A stretch of 64,000 nt of DNA from NCBI GenBank assembly GCA_965203325.1, contig OZ241875.1, positions 2,720,001-2,784,000 on the forward strand, written 5' to 3'. Below the pieces are notes generated by a model that was not told the origin of the DNA, did not search any database, and worked only from the letters and a program-made list of their open reading frames with translations. Shown here piece by piece: positions 30,288 through 40,630 of this stretch. Numbering within the stretch: the first letter of the stretch is position 1; every line of letters begins with the position of its first letter. The translations under genes and the position numbers were made by a program. This stretch comes from a bacterium (GTDB taxonomy: Bacteria; UBA8248).

Positions 30288-30731
30288 GTGATCCTCGTCG
30301 AAGAAATTCGGGGCAGGCTCTCCTCCGATGAGAGCAGGCGCGTCGAGCGCGTGGCCCTGGGCTGGGAGGACAGGCTCAGGAGCCGCCAGCGCGTGCGCAC
30401 AGATTCGGGCACCGAAATCGGCGTGAAACTGCCGACCGGACAGCCTCTGAAGGAGGGCGACGTTCTCTTCGAGGATGAAGAGCGTGTGGTGGTCGTCGCC
30501 GCGATCCCCGAAGACGTGCTCGTCCTCTACGCGGATTCACCTTTCGAGATGGGCCGGCTTTGCTATCAGGTGGGAAACCGCCACGCGCCGATCTGCGTTC
30601 AGGACGGCCGCGTCCTCACGCCCTACGACTCCGTGCTGGAGGCGTATTTCGTCAAGATGGGCGTCAGGTGCGAGAAGGCGAAAGAACCCTTCACGCACGA
30701 TTTCGGCGCCTTTCACTCACACCACCACTAG
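30288..30731 (+). CDS. ureE: Urease accessory protein UreE
   Basis: LKEGD, YQVGNRH, His-rich tail HSHHH; operon position. Confidence 0.92.
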   Translation: MILVEEIRGRLSSDESRRVERVALGWEDRLRSRQRVRTDSGTEIGVKLPTGQPLKEGDVLFEDEERVVVVAAIPEDVLVLYADSPFEMGRLCYQVGNRHAPICVQDGRVLTPYDSVLEAYFVKMGVRCEKAKEPFTHDFGAFHSHHH

Positions 30732-30734
30732 AAG

Positions 30735-31415
30735 ATGAGCGCCTACCGGCTCCTGCAGATTTCGGATTCCGCGTTTCCGCGCGGCGCCTTCGCCCATTCC
30801 TACGGGCTGGAGACCTACGTGGCGGAAGGGGCCATCGCCTCAGCGGCGGAGCTCGAAGAATTCATCGCCTCCGTCCTGCGCCACGGCGTGGCGACGCTCG
30901 ACGGCGTTTATCTGCGCGAAGCGTTTCTGGCGAAAGGGGAGGACGACCTGCCGAAAGTCCTTGCGCTCGACGCCGCCTACGACGCCGCGCGGCCCGTGAA
31001 ACCCTTGCGCGATGCGAGCCGGAGCGTGGGTCGCCAGTTCCTGCGCACGGCGCGGGGTTTCATAAGGGATACTTTGCTGGACGAGTTGGAAGAGGAGGCA
31101 AGGGTGGATCGGACTTCCGGTCACTATCCGATAGCCCTTGGCTGCGTCGCCGAGGCCTTGGGCCTGGCTTGTGAAGAGGCCCTCGAATCGCTTTGCTACG
31201 GCGTCGTCTCCGGCCTGGTCTCCGCCGCGGTGCGGCTGGTCCCGCTCGGACAAACCGAGGGCCAGCGCGTCATCTCGAATCTGGAAGGCGCGGTTCACGA
31301 GGCGGTCGAGACGGCTACTGCGCTTTCTTTGGAAGACGCGCACTCCTGGGGTCCGGGGCACGAGATAAGGGCCATGACGCACCGGAGGCTTCACACGCGA
31401 TTGTTCGTTTCTTGA
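30735..31415 (+). CDS. ureF: Urease accessory protein UreF
   Basis: [28 protein letters not shown] end. Confidence 0.95.
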   Translation: MSAYRLLQISDSAFPRGAFAHSYGLETYVAEGAIASAAELEEFIASVLRHGVATLDGVYLREAFLAKGEDDLPKVLALDAAYDAARPVKPLRDASRSVGRQFLRTARGFIRDTLLDELEEEARVDRTSGHYPIALGCVAEALGLACEEALESLCYGVVSGLVSAAVRLVPLGQTEGQRVISNLEGAVHEAVETATALSLEDAHSWGPGHEIRAMTHRRLHTRLFVS

Positions 31416-31426
31416 CGAGGAGGACG

Positions 31427-32044
31427 ATGATGGATAAGGCGCCCGTAAAGATAGGCGTGGGCGGGCCGGTTGGCTCCGGCAAGACGGCCCTGGTGGACAG
31501 GCTTTGCAAGCGGATGCGCGATACATACGCCATCGCCGTCGTGACGAACGACATCTACACGAAAGAGGACGCGGAGTTCCTGACGCGGAGCGGCGCGCTC
31601 GCGCCCGAGCGGATATCGGGCGTGGAGACGGGCGGGTGTCCCCATACGGCGATCCGCGAGGACATATCCCTGAACCGAGAAGCCATGGAGATTCTCGCGC
31701 GCGATTTCGATCCGCTGGACATCATTTTCGTGGAAAGCGGGGGCGACAACCTCGCCGCCACCTTCAGTCCCGAACTCGTGGACGCGTCGATCTACGTCAT
31801 CGACGTGTCTGCGGGGGACAAGATTCCCCGGAAGGGCGGTCCCGGCATCACGCGCTCCGAACTCCTGCTGATCAACAAGATAGACCTGGCCCCGCTCGTG
31901 GGCGCGAGCCTCGAAGTCATGGACCGCGACGCGCGCAAGATGCGCGGCGAGCGCCCGTTTCTGTTCACGAACCTCAAAGCCGAGCAGGGCCTGGACGAGG
32001 TGATCGGCTGGATCGAGCGCGAACTCCTCTTCGTGGGGGCCTGA
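31427..32044 (+). CDS. ureG: Urease accessory GTPase UreG
   Basis: [26 protein letters not shown]. Confidence 0.98.
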   Translation: MMDKAPVKIGVGGPVGSGKTALVDRLCKRMRDTYAIAVVTNDIYTKEDAEFLTRSGALAPERISGVETGGCPHTAIREDISLNREAMEILARDFDPLDIIFVESGGDNLAATFSPELVDASIYVIDVSAGDKIPRKGGPGITRSELLLINKIDLAPLVGASLEVMDRDARKMRGERPFLFTNLKAEQGLDEVIGWIERELLFVGA

Positions 32045-32901
32045 TGCCGCTCGCAAGCGCCACCGCGCCCTCCCGGGTGGGACGCCACGGCGTCGCGCTC
32101 GCGCGTTTCGCACGCGCGAATGGGCGGACGTATCTCGCGGATTCATTCTTCCGCGTGCCGCTTCAAGTGATGCGCCCCCTCTACCCCGAGGGGGAGGCGC
32201 CTGCCCACATGACGCTCATCAACCCCACGGGTGGGCACGTGGGCGGCGATCTGCTCGAACTCGAAATCGCGCTCGATGAGGGGGCGCGCGTCTTGTGGAC
32301 GACGCAGGGAGCGACCAAGGTCTACAAGAGTCTGGGCGAGCCGGTGGTATCGACGACCAGGATCGAGATGGGCGCAGCGAGCGGCCTGGAACTCCTGCCC
32401 GACCCCGTCATCCCCTATGCCGATTCCATCTACATCCAGGAGACGCGAATCTCCATGGCCGAGGGCGCGAAACTCCTCTACGGGGAATCGATCTATCATG
32501 GCCGGGTCGCTTCGGGCGAGCATTTTGATTATTCAACTCTGGGGTTGAAACTGCATATCGACTACGGGGGCGCGCCCCTCTTGCGCGACGTGATGGAGGT
32601 GCGGCCGGAAGATTCGAATCCCGAGCGCCTGGGTCTGTTCGAGCCGTATCCTTATCTCGGTTCTTTTTACGTCGCCGGCGGCGCGGATGAAGAACTGAAC
32701 CTCATCGCCGAGCGGGTCGATTCCCTGCTGGCGGGAGCTTCCGGTCTGGCGGGCGGCTGCTCAAGGCTCAACGGCCCCGGCGCGCTCGTCCGCTGGCTGG
32801 CGGATTCGCCCGAAGTCTTGAGGAAGACCCACTTCGAAATCTGGAACGTCGCCAGATGCGCGCTTTTCGGCCGGGAGGCGACGCCGCTCAGGAAGTTCTA
32901 G
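32044..32901 (+). CDS. ureD: Urease accessory protein UreD/UreH
   Basis: TGGHVGGD, TTQGATKVY, PDPVIPY, GR...GE.F, LRKF end; start overlaps the ureG stop. Confidence 0.92.
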   Translation: MPLASATAPSRVGRHGVALARFARANGRTYLADSFFRVPLQVMRPLYPEGEAPAHMTLINPTGGHVGGDLLELEIALDEGARVLWTTQGATKVYKSLGEPVVSTTRIEMGAASGLELLPDPVIPYADSIYIQETRISMAEGAKLLYGESIYHGRVASGEHFDYSTLGLKLHIDYGGAPLLRDVMEVRPEDSNPERLGLFEPYPYLGSFYVAGGADEELNLIAERVDSLLAGASGLAGGCSRLNGPGALVRWLADSPEVLRKTHFEIWNVARCALFGREATPLRKF

Positions 32902-32977
32902 GGGCGCGCCTGGATGTGTGCGTTCTCGACGAAGCGGATTCGTGAAATCTCCTGGCGAGTCAAAACGCGATGGTTCT

Positions 32978-33117
32978 GTAGGGGTCAGACATATATGTCT
33001 GACTGTGTGTCCTCCCCCGGCACGTCGTTTTGATTGTGAGCCGTATGTAGGGGCCGCATACATGCGGCCCATGATCGGACGGCGAAAAATCTTGGGTCGC
33101 ATATATGCGACCCCTAC
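32978..33117. repeat. Cluster of GTAG-type REP palindromes (REPIN-like pair)
   Basis: GTAGGGGTCAGACATATATGTCTGAC; GTAGGGGCCGCATACATGCGGCCC ... GGGTCGCATATATGCGACCCCTAC. Confidence 0.82.
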
Positions 33118-33137
33118 AGACCAAACCCGGCCGAGAA

Positions 33138-33395
33138 GGGGTTGTTAAAAAAGTTCCGTGGAGCGATTTTGGGAATTCAGGTAACCGACGAGAGAGAAGA
33201 AATCAACTCCCCCCTTGAGGGGGAGTCGAAGAGGCCGAGTGGTTTGTGCGAAGGCCGATTCGGTGGGGGGAGCTTTTTCTGTGGCATGTCCCCCCACCGA
33301 TTCGCTTGCGGGCTTGCGCCCTTAGCTCATCGACTCCCCCTCAAGGGGGGAGTGAAATTCAACACGCCTCCTCAGTGGACTTTTTCAACAGCCCC
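33138..33395. mobile_element. MITE-like element B carrying a CCCCCCTTGAGGGGGAG palindromic repeat
   Basis: Ends GGGGTTGTTAAAAAAG and CTTTTTCAACAGCCCC; internal inverted repeat at about 33204-33353; no clear TSD. Confidence 0.65.
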
Positions 33396-33413
33396 CTAAA
33401 GTCCGGCGCGCTG

Positions 33414-34436
33414 CTACTCCGCCGTGCGCTGGAAATGGGGGAGGACTTCTTCACCTAACAGGCGGATCGCGTTCATGATCTTGGCGTGATCAAGCCCCGG
33501 GAACTGCATGCGGAAGTGCATCGAGGTCGTTCCGAGTTCATCCCGGTATCGTTCGATCTGGCGGATGCAGTCATCCGGCGAGCCCAGGATGAAGCGCTGC
33601 CTAAGATTTTCCGTGGCCTCGGCGCCCCGCTCCACCGGCCGGCCCTCGTCGTCCACGAGATGCCCCCAATCGAGATACTCCTGGTAGTTGTAGAGGATGG
33701 GTTCGCGCGCCTCCTCCCAGGCTTGCTCGCTCTCTTCGGCCACGTAGGCTTCTCGCCTTAAGGGAAACTCCACGCCGGACGCGTCCTTGCCCGCCTCGGC
33801 CAGGGCGTCGAGATAGACCTGTTTCCGCTCCTTGAGCAGCTTGAGCGGCGTGACCGGATCGGCGAGCCATGCGTCTCCCATGCGCGCGGCGCGGCGGACG
33901 GCGGCGGGCAGCTTGGCCCCCACCCAGATGGGCGGGCAGGGCTTCTGTTCCGGGCGGGGCATGAGGGTGACGTCCTCCATCGGGAAGCAGGGGCCCGGGT
34001 GCGTCACGCCCCGCTCCGTCAATAACCGGCGAAGGAGCCCTAAAGCTTCTTCGAAGCGCGCGGCGCGGTCCTCGAAAGGAACATTGAACGCCGCGAATTC
34101 CTCCCGCCTGTAGCCAAGTCCCACCCCCAGCACGAAACGGCCCCGGGACATGATGTCCAGCACCGCGGCGTCCTCGGCCACCGACAGCGGGTGATAGAAG
34201 GGCAGGAGGAGGACGCAGGTGCCGACGCGCATCTTCTCCGTGCGGGTGGCGATGCCGGCGGCGGTCACCATGTTGGAGGGGAAATAGCCGTTGTCCTCCA
34301 CCATGTGGTGCTCGCTCGTCGTCACCATGTCGAAGCCGTACTGCTCCGCCAGTTCGATCTGCTCCAGCGAATTGTGATAGGCGTCCACCCAGTGCCCGGT
34401 GCGGGACTGGTAGCTGTAGTGCAACGCGAACTTCAT
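33414..34436 (-). CDS. LLM-class flavin-dependent oxidoreductase
   Basis: AEQYGFD...SEHH, HPLSVAEDAAVLD.MSRGRFVLGVGLGYR, PPIWVG. Confidence 0.9.
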   Translation of the reverse strand: MKFALHYSYQSRTGHWVDAYHNSLEQIELAEQYGFDMVTTSEHHMVEDNGYFPSNMVTAAGIATRTEKMRVGTCVLLLPFYHPLSVAEDAAVLDIMSRGRFVLGVGLGYRREEFAAFNVPFEDRAARFEEALGLLRRLLTERGVTHPGPCFPMEDVTLMPRPEQKPCPPIWVGAKLPAAVRRAARMGDAWLADPVTPLKLLKERKQVYLDALAEAGKDASGVEFPLRREAYVAEESEQAWEEAREPILYNYQEYLDWGHLVDDEGRPVERGAEATENLRQRFILGSPDDCIRQIERYRDELGTTSMHFRMQFPGLDHAKIMNAIRLLGEEVLPHFQRTAE

Positions 34437-34613
34437 GTTTCGTCCTCCAGAACGCATGCGGTTTCATCGAAAATGGCCGCGTTCCCGCCAGGTGACGCGA
34501 AGCCCGGGGGCGGCGATTTCAAAGGCGAACTTCGCTCCGCGCCCCCGGCCCGCCTCAGGCGCCGGGGCCGGCCGGGGGCCGTTATTCGGCCTCGCGCAAC
34601 TGCCGCGAGGCGG

Positions 34614-35576
34614 TTATTTCTTCTTCACGAGCTTGTCCACGAGCGCCTTCATGTTCTTGTTTTCCTCCACCATGAAGGATTCGAAGTCCTTTCCGCTCAT
34701 GTAGATCACCCGCTCGCCCATGCGCTTCACCATGGACTGGAAGGATTTGTCCTTCACCCCCTTGTCGAAGGCCGCCCGGAGCTGGGCCAGGATGTCCGCG
34801 GGCGTCTTCCTGGACGCGAAGACCGTCCGGAACATGGCGAACTGCACGTCGAAGCCCTGCTCCTTCATGGTGGGCAGGTCGGGAAGCTGGGGCAGCCGGT
34901 CCGGCGCCGTGATGGCGAGAACGCGGACATTTCCCTTGGAGAGTTGCGGCATTACCGTGGAGGCGAAGGCGGGGGCGATATCGATGTGCCCGCCGAGGAA
35001 GGCCTTCCAGGTGGGGCCGCCGCCCTGGAACGGGACGAACTTCAGCTTGATGCCCGCCTTGAGCGAGAGAAGCTCCATGGGAATCTGGTCCACCCCCAGG
35101 CCGGGGACGCCCCCGAAGGAGATCTTGCCCGGCCTGCGCTTGGCGTCCTCGATCAGATCGCGCAGGTTCTTCCAGGGGGCGTCTTTCTTCACGGTGATGA
35201 GAAGCGGGCTGTAGTTGATCCGCCCCACCGGCACGAAGGACGCCGAGGTATAGGGAAGGCTCTCGATGAGAGGCTTCACCAGGATGCTCTGCTGGTCGCC
35301 CAGGATCAGGGTGTGGCCGTCCGCCCGGGCGCGGGCCACGAAGCTCGCTCCGATGGAGCCGCCGCCGCCCGCCCGGATGACCGCGAGCATGGGCTGGCCC
35401 AGATAGGGTTCCATGACGCTCGCGAAGGCGCGCGCGTGCGCGTCGTGCGAGCCGCCCGGCGAATAGGGAATGACCAGCCGGACGGGCTTGTTCGGGAACT
35501 TCGCTGCCTCCGCCTGGGTCGGCGCCAGCCACAGCGCCATGGCCGCGATGAGCAAAACTGCCGAGAGTCGTTTCAT
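34614..35576 (-). CDS. tctC: TTT substrate-binding protein TctC
   Basis: Signal peptide; FPNKPV, PYSPGGSHD, ADGHT, VPFQGGG, PDLPTMKEQG. Confidence 0.92.
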   Translation of the reverse strand: MKRLSAVLLIAAMALWLAPTQAEAAKFPNKPVRLVIPYSPGGSHDAHARAFASVMEPYLGQPMLAVIRAGGGGSIGASFVARARADGHTLILGDQQSILVKPLIESLPYTSASFVPVGRINYSPLLITVKKDAPWKNLRDLIEDAKRRPGKISFGGVPGLGVDQIPMELLSLKAGIKLKFVPFQGGGPTWKAFLGGHIDIAPAFASTVMPQLSKGNVRVLAITAPDRLPQLPDLPTMKEQGFDVQFAMFRTVFASRKTPADILAQLRAAFDKGVKDKSFQSMVKRMGERVIYMSGKDFESFMVEENKNMKALVDKLVKKK

Positions 35577-35645
35577 GGTGAGTCCCTCCTATGGGTTATG
35601 GTTGCCTTCTCTGAAATCGTGCGCCCAGATTCAGTGAAACCCTCC

Positions 35646-37151
35646 TCATTCATCGCTGCCCAGCGGGGTTCGGCGGCGGGCGCCCCAGACGACGAACCCC
35701 GCGGCCAGCAAGAGGAAAACGAGCGAAATAGGCCGGCGGACGAACAGGGAGAGGTCGCCGTCTCCCAGAATGAGCGATTGTCCGAGAGAGGACTCGAACG
35801 CCTGCCCCAGAATGAAGGTGATGATGAGGGGCGCGACCGGGAAATCGAATTTTCTGAGAAAATAGCCCACCGCACCGAATACCAGCATCACCTTCACGTC
35901 GAAGAAGCTGTTGTTCAGCGCGTATGTCCCCACCACGCAGAACGCCGCCACCACGGGGAAGACCGCCCGTTTCGGGAACCGCGCGATCATGGCCACGTAA
36001 CGCAGGCTGAAGTGCCCGAGGACGAGCATGAGGGCGTTGCAAAGCAGCATGGCGATCAGGATGCTGTAGACGATTGCGCCGTGCTCCTCGAAGAGGCGCG
36101 GCCCCGGCCGGAGCCCCTGCACCATGAAGGCGGCGAAGAGCACCGCGGTCACGATGTCGCCCGGAATGCCGAAGCTGAGCAGGGGGATGAGGCTCGAACC
36201 GTTCACCGCGTTGTTGCCGGTCTCGGCGGCGGCCACGCCCTCCAGCGATCCCTTCCCGAACCGTTCGGGCTCCTTCGACCTCCGGTGGGCCAGGCCGTAG
36301 GAGACGAACGCGGACACCACCTGGCCCAGGCCCGGTATCGCGCCGATGATCGTGCCGACCACCGCCGAGCGCGAGATCGTCCGGCCGCAGCTCTTGAACT
36401 CCTCCAGGGTCAGGGGTTCGTTGCCCTCGGCATGCCATGCGGTCACGCGCTTCTCGTCCTCGGCTTTGCGCTCCTCCCGGGTCCTCTCTCCGTAGAGGAA
36501 TATCTCGGAGAGCGCGAAGATTCCGATCAGCATCGCGATGAACGAGATTCCCCCGGTCAGGTCCACCGAGCCGAAGGTGAAGCGCCGCACCCCGATCAGG
36601 GGGTCGAGGCCGACCGAGCTCAGGAACAGCCCGAGGGCGGCGGCCATCAGCCCCCGGATCACCGAGCGGCCCGTGACGCAGCTGATGATGGCGAAGCTGA
36701 ACACGAAGATGGCGAAATATTCAGGCGGCCCCACCAGGAGGGCGACCGCCGCGATGGCGCCCGCGATGAAGATGGTGACGATATCGCTGAAGGTGTCCCC
36801 GATGACAGAGGAATAGAGCGCCATCTCGAGGGCCTTCCTCGCCTTGCCCTGCTGGGCGAGGGGGTAGCCGTCCAGGACGGTGGCCGCGGCCGCGCCCGTC
36901 CCCGGCGTGTTGATGAGAATCGCGGGTATCGATCCGCCGAATATCGCTCCCTTGGTGATGGCCAGGAGGAAGGGAATCCCCAGAACGGGTTCGACGAAGA
37001 ACGAGATCGGCAGCAGAACCGCCACCGCCATGGCGGCCGTGAGGCCGGGGAGGCCGCCCACCACGATCCCCAGCAGCATCCCGATCACCAGGACGGCCAG
37101 CACGTCGAAGCGCAGGCTCAGGAGCAGACCTTCTCCCAGCTGGGCCCACAC
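35646..37151 (-). CDS. tctA: TTT permease TctA
   Basis: GGLPGL, ILINTPGT, AAETGNNA, LSFGIPGD. Confidence 0.92.
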   Translation of the reverse strand: MWAQLGEGLLLSLRFDVLAVLVIGMLLGIVVGGLPGLTAAMAVAVLLPISFFVEPVLGIPFLLAITKGAIFGGSIPAILINTPGTGAAAATVLDGYPLAQQGKARKALEMALYSSVIGDTFSDIVTIFIAGAIAAVALLVGPPEYFAIFVFSFAIISCVTGRSVIRGLMAAALGLFLSSVGLDPLIGVRRFTFGSVDLTGGISFIAMLIGIFALSEIFLYGERTREERKAEDEKRVTAWHAEGNEPLTLEEFKSCGRTISRSAVVGTIIGAIPGLGQVVSAFVSYGLAHRRSKEPERFGKGSLEGVAAAETGNNAVNGSSLIPLLSFGIPGDIVTAVLFAAFMVQGLRPGPRLFEEHGAIVYSILIAMLLCNALMLVLGHFSLRYVAMIARFPKRAVFPVVAAFCVVGTYALNNSFFDVKVMLVFGAVGYFLRKFDFPVAPLIITFILGQAFESSLGQSLILGDGDLSLFVRRPISLVFLLLAAGFVVWGARRRTPLGSDE

Positions 37152-37152
37152 C

Positions 37153-37635
37153 CTAGAATACCCCGCCGAAAAGCCTGCCTTCCGGCAGTACGACGCCCAG
37201 AAAATGTCCGAAGAAGACCCAGATGAAGAGCGGGGTGAGCAGAACGATCAGCGCGAGGGTCCGCCATTCGCGCATCCCGAGTTGACAGGCGAACAGGGCG
37301 ACCGCGACCGGGGTGGCGGGAAGCATCCCGAACCACTCGACGAGGAAGATGTAGAGGACGAAGGTGGCGAACGGCGCCAGGGCGCGGGCCCGAAGCGGCC
37401 CGCCGGGAGGAGGCTCGCGCCCGGCGGAGGGTGCGAACCAGGCTCGCGCGGTCATCAGGGCGGCCATGAGCGCCAGCAGGGAGAGGGCCAGAGCGGGGAA
37501 GGCGCCGGGCGGAAACGGGATGGTCCGCTCCCCCAGCTTCCGGAGCAGCACCTGGCTGGGTATCAGCGCAAGCCCTGTCAGGCTGAAGGCGAGAACGAAA
37601 AGCCCGACCCACGTTTCCCAGTGAAATCGCTTCAT
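37153..37635 (-). CDS. tctB: TTT subunit TctB
   Basis: Hydrophobic; PGAFP motif and LGVVLPEG end; upstream of tctA. Confidence 0.85.
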   Translation of the reverse strand: MKRFHWETWVGLFVLAFSLTGLALIPSQVLLRKLGERTIPFPPGAFPALALSLLALMAALMTARAWFAPSAGREPPPGGPLRARALAPFATFVLYIFLVEWFGMLPATPVAVALFACQLGMREWRTLALIVLLTPLFIWVFFGHFLGVVLPEGRLFGGVF

Positions 37636-38012
37636 GGTGCTCTGCCTCCAGCCGGGCGCTCATGACTGCAAGGCCGGCTCTCCGAGCAAAGCGCAGCGAT
37701 GATCGACCTGACGCTCCTCCGCGGAAAACGGCCCGGCGAAGGATCACGCTTCCGGCGGCCTTTTTGGGGGCCGAGGGAGCCGTCATTTCGATTTCTGCTA
37801 TGCGCACAGACTACGGGAGCGCGTCTTTCGGGTCAAACGGAATTGTTTCCCGACCCGCTCCGCGGCCGCTTTTTCACCGGGTGAGCATGGGGAAATCTCC
37901 TGTATGTTTTCCCTTTGCGATTTCGCCTCGGTTGCCACCTGAAAACCCCTTGTGTAGTGTTGATCGAACCGAAAAGACAGATTCTCTAAATTCCTGCACG
38001 AGGGAGGGTGCC

Positions 38013-39401
38013 ATGGCTACAAAGACCAAGGTAGATGTCCTGATCGAGAACGGAACCGTCGTCACCGTGGACCCTGAGCGGCGGGTCATCCGAAACGGCG
38101 CGGTCGCCATAACGAGGAACCGGATCAAGGACGTCGGGAAGGCTTCGGCGCTCCGGAAAAAATACGAGGCCAAGCGGACCTACGACGCCACCATGAAGCT
38201 CGTCACCCCCGGCCTCATCAACGCGCACATCCATTTCTACCACCACATGCACCGGGGTCTCTCGCCCGAGACCCTGGCGGGGATGATGTGGTCCGACTTC
38301 GTTCACCGCAAGGTCGCCACCATCGTGAGTGCGGAGGACGAGATATGGGGCGGACTCGGGATTCTGGTCGAAACCCTGAAGACCGGCGTTACGACCTTCC
38401 TCGAGGCGGGCTCCTACAACATCGGCCCCGTCATCGAGGGCGTCTCCCGCATCGGAATGCGGGGTCTGATGGGCCGCAGGTCCTTCGATATGGTGAGCCA
38501 GGGCCACGACATGCTGGTCGATAGCACCCGGAAGTGCCTGAACGAAAACGAGAAGTTCATGAAGGACTATCGGGGCGGGGTGGGGCTCGTGAAACCCTGC
38601 GTCGTCGTCGTGGGGATGGGGCGCTGTTCGGACAGGCTCTACGTCAAGTCCAAGGAGATGGCGGATGAGTACAAGACCATCCTCCACATGCACCAGGCCA
38701 ACATGATCGAGAACGTCCAGGAGAGCCTGAGCTTGAACGGCGCCCGCCCCATCGAGCACCTCTACAATATCGGCGCCCTCGGAAAGAACGTGGCCCTCAC
38801 TCACATGATCCACGTGAGCACGAAGGAGATCGGGCTTCTCGCCGAGACGCGGGCGAACGTCCTGCATTGCCCGAGCACCGCCATGAAGATCAGCTACGGC
38901 CTCTCCGCCTTCGGGAAGTTCCCGGAGATGATGGAGGCGGGCGTCAACGTCGCCATCGGGACAGACGCGTCCGACTGCTCGAACTTCAACGACATGGTGC
39001 GACTCATGTTCCTGGCGGCGGCGACGCCCAAGGACTACCGCTACGACCCGGCTGCGGGGAGCGCCGAGAAGGCCATCGAGATGGCGACCATCAACGGCGC
39101 AAAGGCGATGAACATGGAGCGGGAGATCGGCTCCCTGGAACCCGGCAAGAAGGCCGACGTCGCCATCTTCGACATGAATCGGCCGGACTGGGTTCCCCTC
39201 TACAACGAACTCCAGAATTTCGTCTATTCGGCCCAGGGCAACAGCTGCGAGAGCGTCATGATCGACGGGAAGTTCGTGATGGAAAACCGCGAGGTCAAGA
39301 CGATAGACGAGATGGAGATCGTGGCGCAGGTCGGGCGCCTGGCGAAAGGGGTCATGAAGCGGAGCAAGGTGCCGCTCTACAGCCCGTGGAAGTTCATCTA
39401 G
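38013..39401 (+). CDS. Metal-dependent amidohydrolase (AtzA/TrzN/SsnA deaminase-like family)
   Basis: PGLINAHIH, GVTT, HMH, THMIH, HCP, GTD, ATINGAKA, GSLEPGKKAD; RBS GGGAGG. Confidence 0.88.
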   Translation: MATKTKVDVLIENGTVVTVDPERRVIRNGAVAITRNRIKDVGKASALRKKYEAKRTYDATMKLVTPGLINAHIHFYHHMHRGLSPETLAGMMWSDFVHRKVATIVSAEDEIWGGLGILVETLKTGVTTFLEAGSYNIGPVIEGVSRIGMRGLMGRRSFDMVSQGHDMLVDSTRKCLNENEKFMKDYRGGVGLVKPCVVVVGMGRCSDRLYVKSKEMADEYKTILHMHQANMIENVQESLSLNGARPIEHLYNIGALGKNVALTHMIHVSTKEIGLLAETRANVLHCPSTAMKISYGLSAFGKFPEMMEAGVNVAIGTDASDCSNFNDMVRLMFLAAATPKDYRYDPAAGSAEKAIEMATINGAKAMNMEREIGSLEPGKKADVAIFDMNRPDWVPLYNELQNFVYSAQGNSCESVMIDGKFVMENREVKTIDEMEIVAQVGRLAKGVMKRSKVPLYSPWKFI

Positions 39402-39428
39402 GCCCGGCTACCCGGACGAGGAACCCTC

Positions 39429-40562
39429 ATGACGCGCATCGCCACCACCCACGTCGGGTCGCTTCCCAGAAGCAAGCGGGCGCTGGATTTTCTCTTCGCC
39501 CGCGACCGCGAGGAGCCCTACGACGCGGAAGAGTTCGCCGCCTGCATGGCGGAAGAATGCGCGGAGACGGTCCGCAAACAGGTCGAAGCCGGGGTCGACA
39601 TCGTCTCGGACGGCGAGACGTCCAAGATTTCCTACACCACCTACGTCAAGAACCGCTACACCGGCTTCTCGGGCAACAGCGCGCGAGCCGTACCGGGGGA
39701 CCTCAAGCTCTTCCCGCGCTATCTCGAACGCCTCGCGAGCCAGGGCGGGACGCCCAAGCTCGTCCGCCCGCAATGCACCGGGCCGGTCGCGCCCAAGGAC
39801 GACTTGGAGCTTCGGGCCGACATCGCCAACATGAAGAACGCGATGGCGGCGCACGGTGCGGAGCGCGGATTCCTGAACGCGGCGTCGCCCGGTGTGGTCG
39901 CGCTGTTCATGCCGAACGCCTACTACCCCTCCCGCGAGGCCTACATGGAGGCCCTCGCCGACGCGATGAAGGCGGAATACGACGCGATACTCGCGGCGGG
40001 CTTCGACCTCCAGCTCGACTGTCCGGACTTGGGCCTTGCGCGCCACGTGCTGTATGAGGATCGCACAGACGCCGAGTTCGGCGAGATCGCGAAGGCCAAT
40101 GTCGAGGTACTGAACCACGCCCTGCGAGACGCCGACCCGGCGCGCGTGCGGGTCCACATCTGCTGGGGCAATTACGAGGGGCCGCACGTGTGCGACGTGG
40201 GGCTGGACCACGTGTTCTCCGCCCTGATGTCGGCCCGCGCGCGCTACGTCCTGTTCGAGAACGCCAACCCGAGGCATGAGCACGAGTGGACCGTATTCCG
40301 CGACCGGCTGGCCGAGATACCCGAGGAGACGATACTCGTGCCGGGCGTCATCGACACGACGAGCAACTTCGTGGAGCATCCGGAACTCATCGCGCAGCGG
40401 ATCGGGCGCTTCGTGGATATCTTTGGTCCGGAGCGGGTGATCGCCGGAACGGACTGCGGGTTCGGGACGTTCGCCGGTTTCGGTTCGGTCGATCCCGACA
40501 TCGTCTACGTCAAGCTCGCGGCCCTGGCCGAGGGCGCCGCCATCGCGTCCGGGAGAATCTGA
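39429..40562 (+). CDS. Cobalamin-independent methionine synthase II-like protein (second paralogue)
   Basis: TTHVGSLPR, SDGE, LQLDCPDL, HICWGNYEGPH, FENANPRHEHEW, TDCGFGT. Confidence 0.9.
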   Translation: MTRIATTHVGSLPRSKRALDFLFARDREEPYDAEEFAACMAEECAETVRKQVEAGVDIVSDGETSKISYTTYVKNRYTGFSGNSARAVPGDLKLFPRYLERLASQGGTPKLVRPQCTGPVAPKDDLELRADIANMKNAMAAHGAERGFLNAASPGVVALFMPNAYYPSREAYMEALADAMKAEYDAILAAGFDLQLDCPDLGLARHVLYEDRTDAEFGEIAKANVEVLNHALRDADPARVRVHICWGNYEGPHVCDVGLDHVFSALMSARARYVLFENANPRHEHEWTVFRDRLAEIPEETILVPGVIDTTSNFVEHPELIAQRIGRFVDIFGPERVIAGTDCGFGTFAGFGSVDPDIVYVKLAALAEGAAIASGRI

Positions 40563-40630
40563 GGCGCGCCGGTTCCCTCGCGCCCGGCCGGGTGACGCCA
40601 AGCCGGGGGCGGCGATTTCGTAGGCGAGCT

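Noticed and set aside
32978..33395. CRISPR array in the palindromic clusters, or the AT-rich repeat as a CRISPR leader
   Set aside because: No regularly spaced identical direct repeats with unique spacers, and no cas genes in the window.
34191..37226. Long antisense or alternate-frame ORFs (also 4465-6429, 22004-23785, 23709-25598, 28314-29939, 47619-49457, 49685-50944)
   Set aside because: They are shadows of real genes in high-GC DNA and contain no recognisable motifs.
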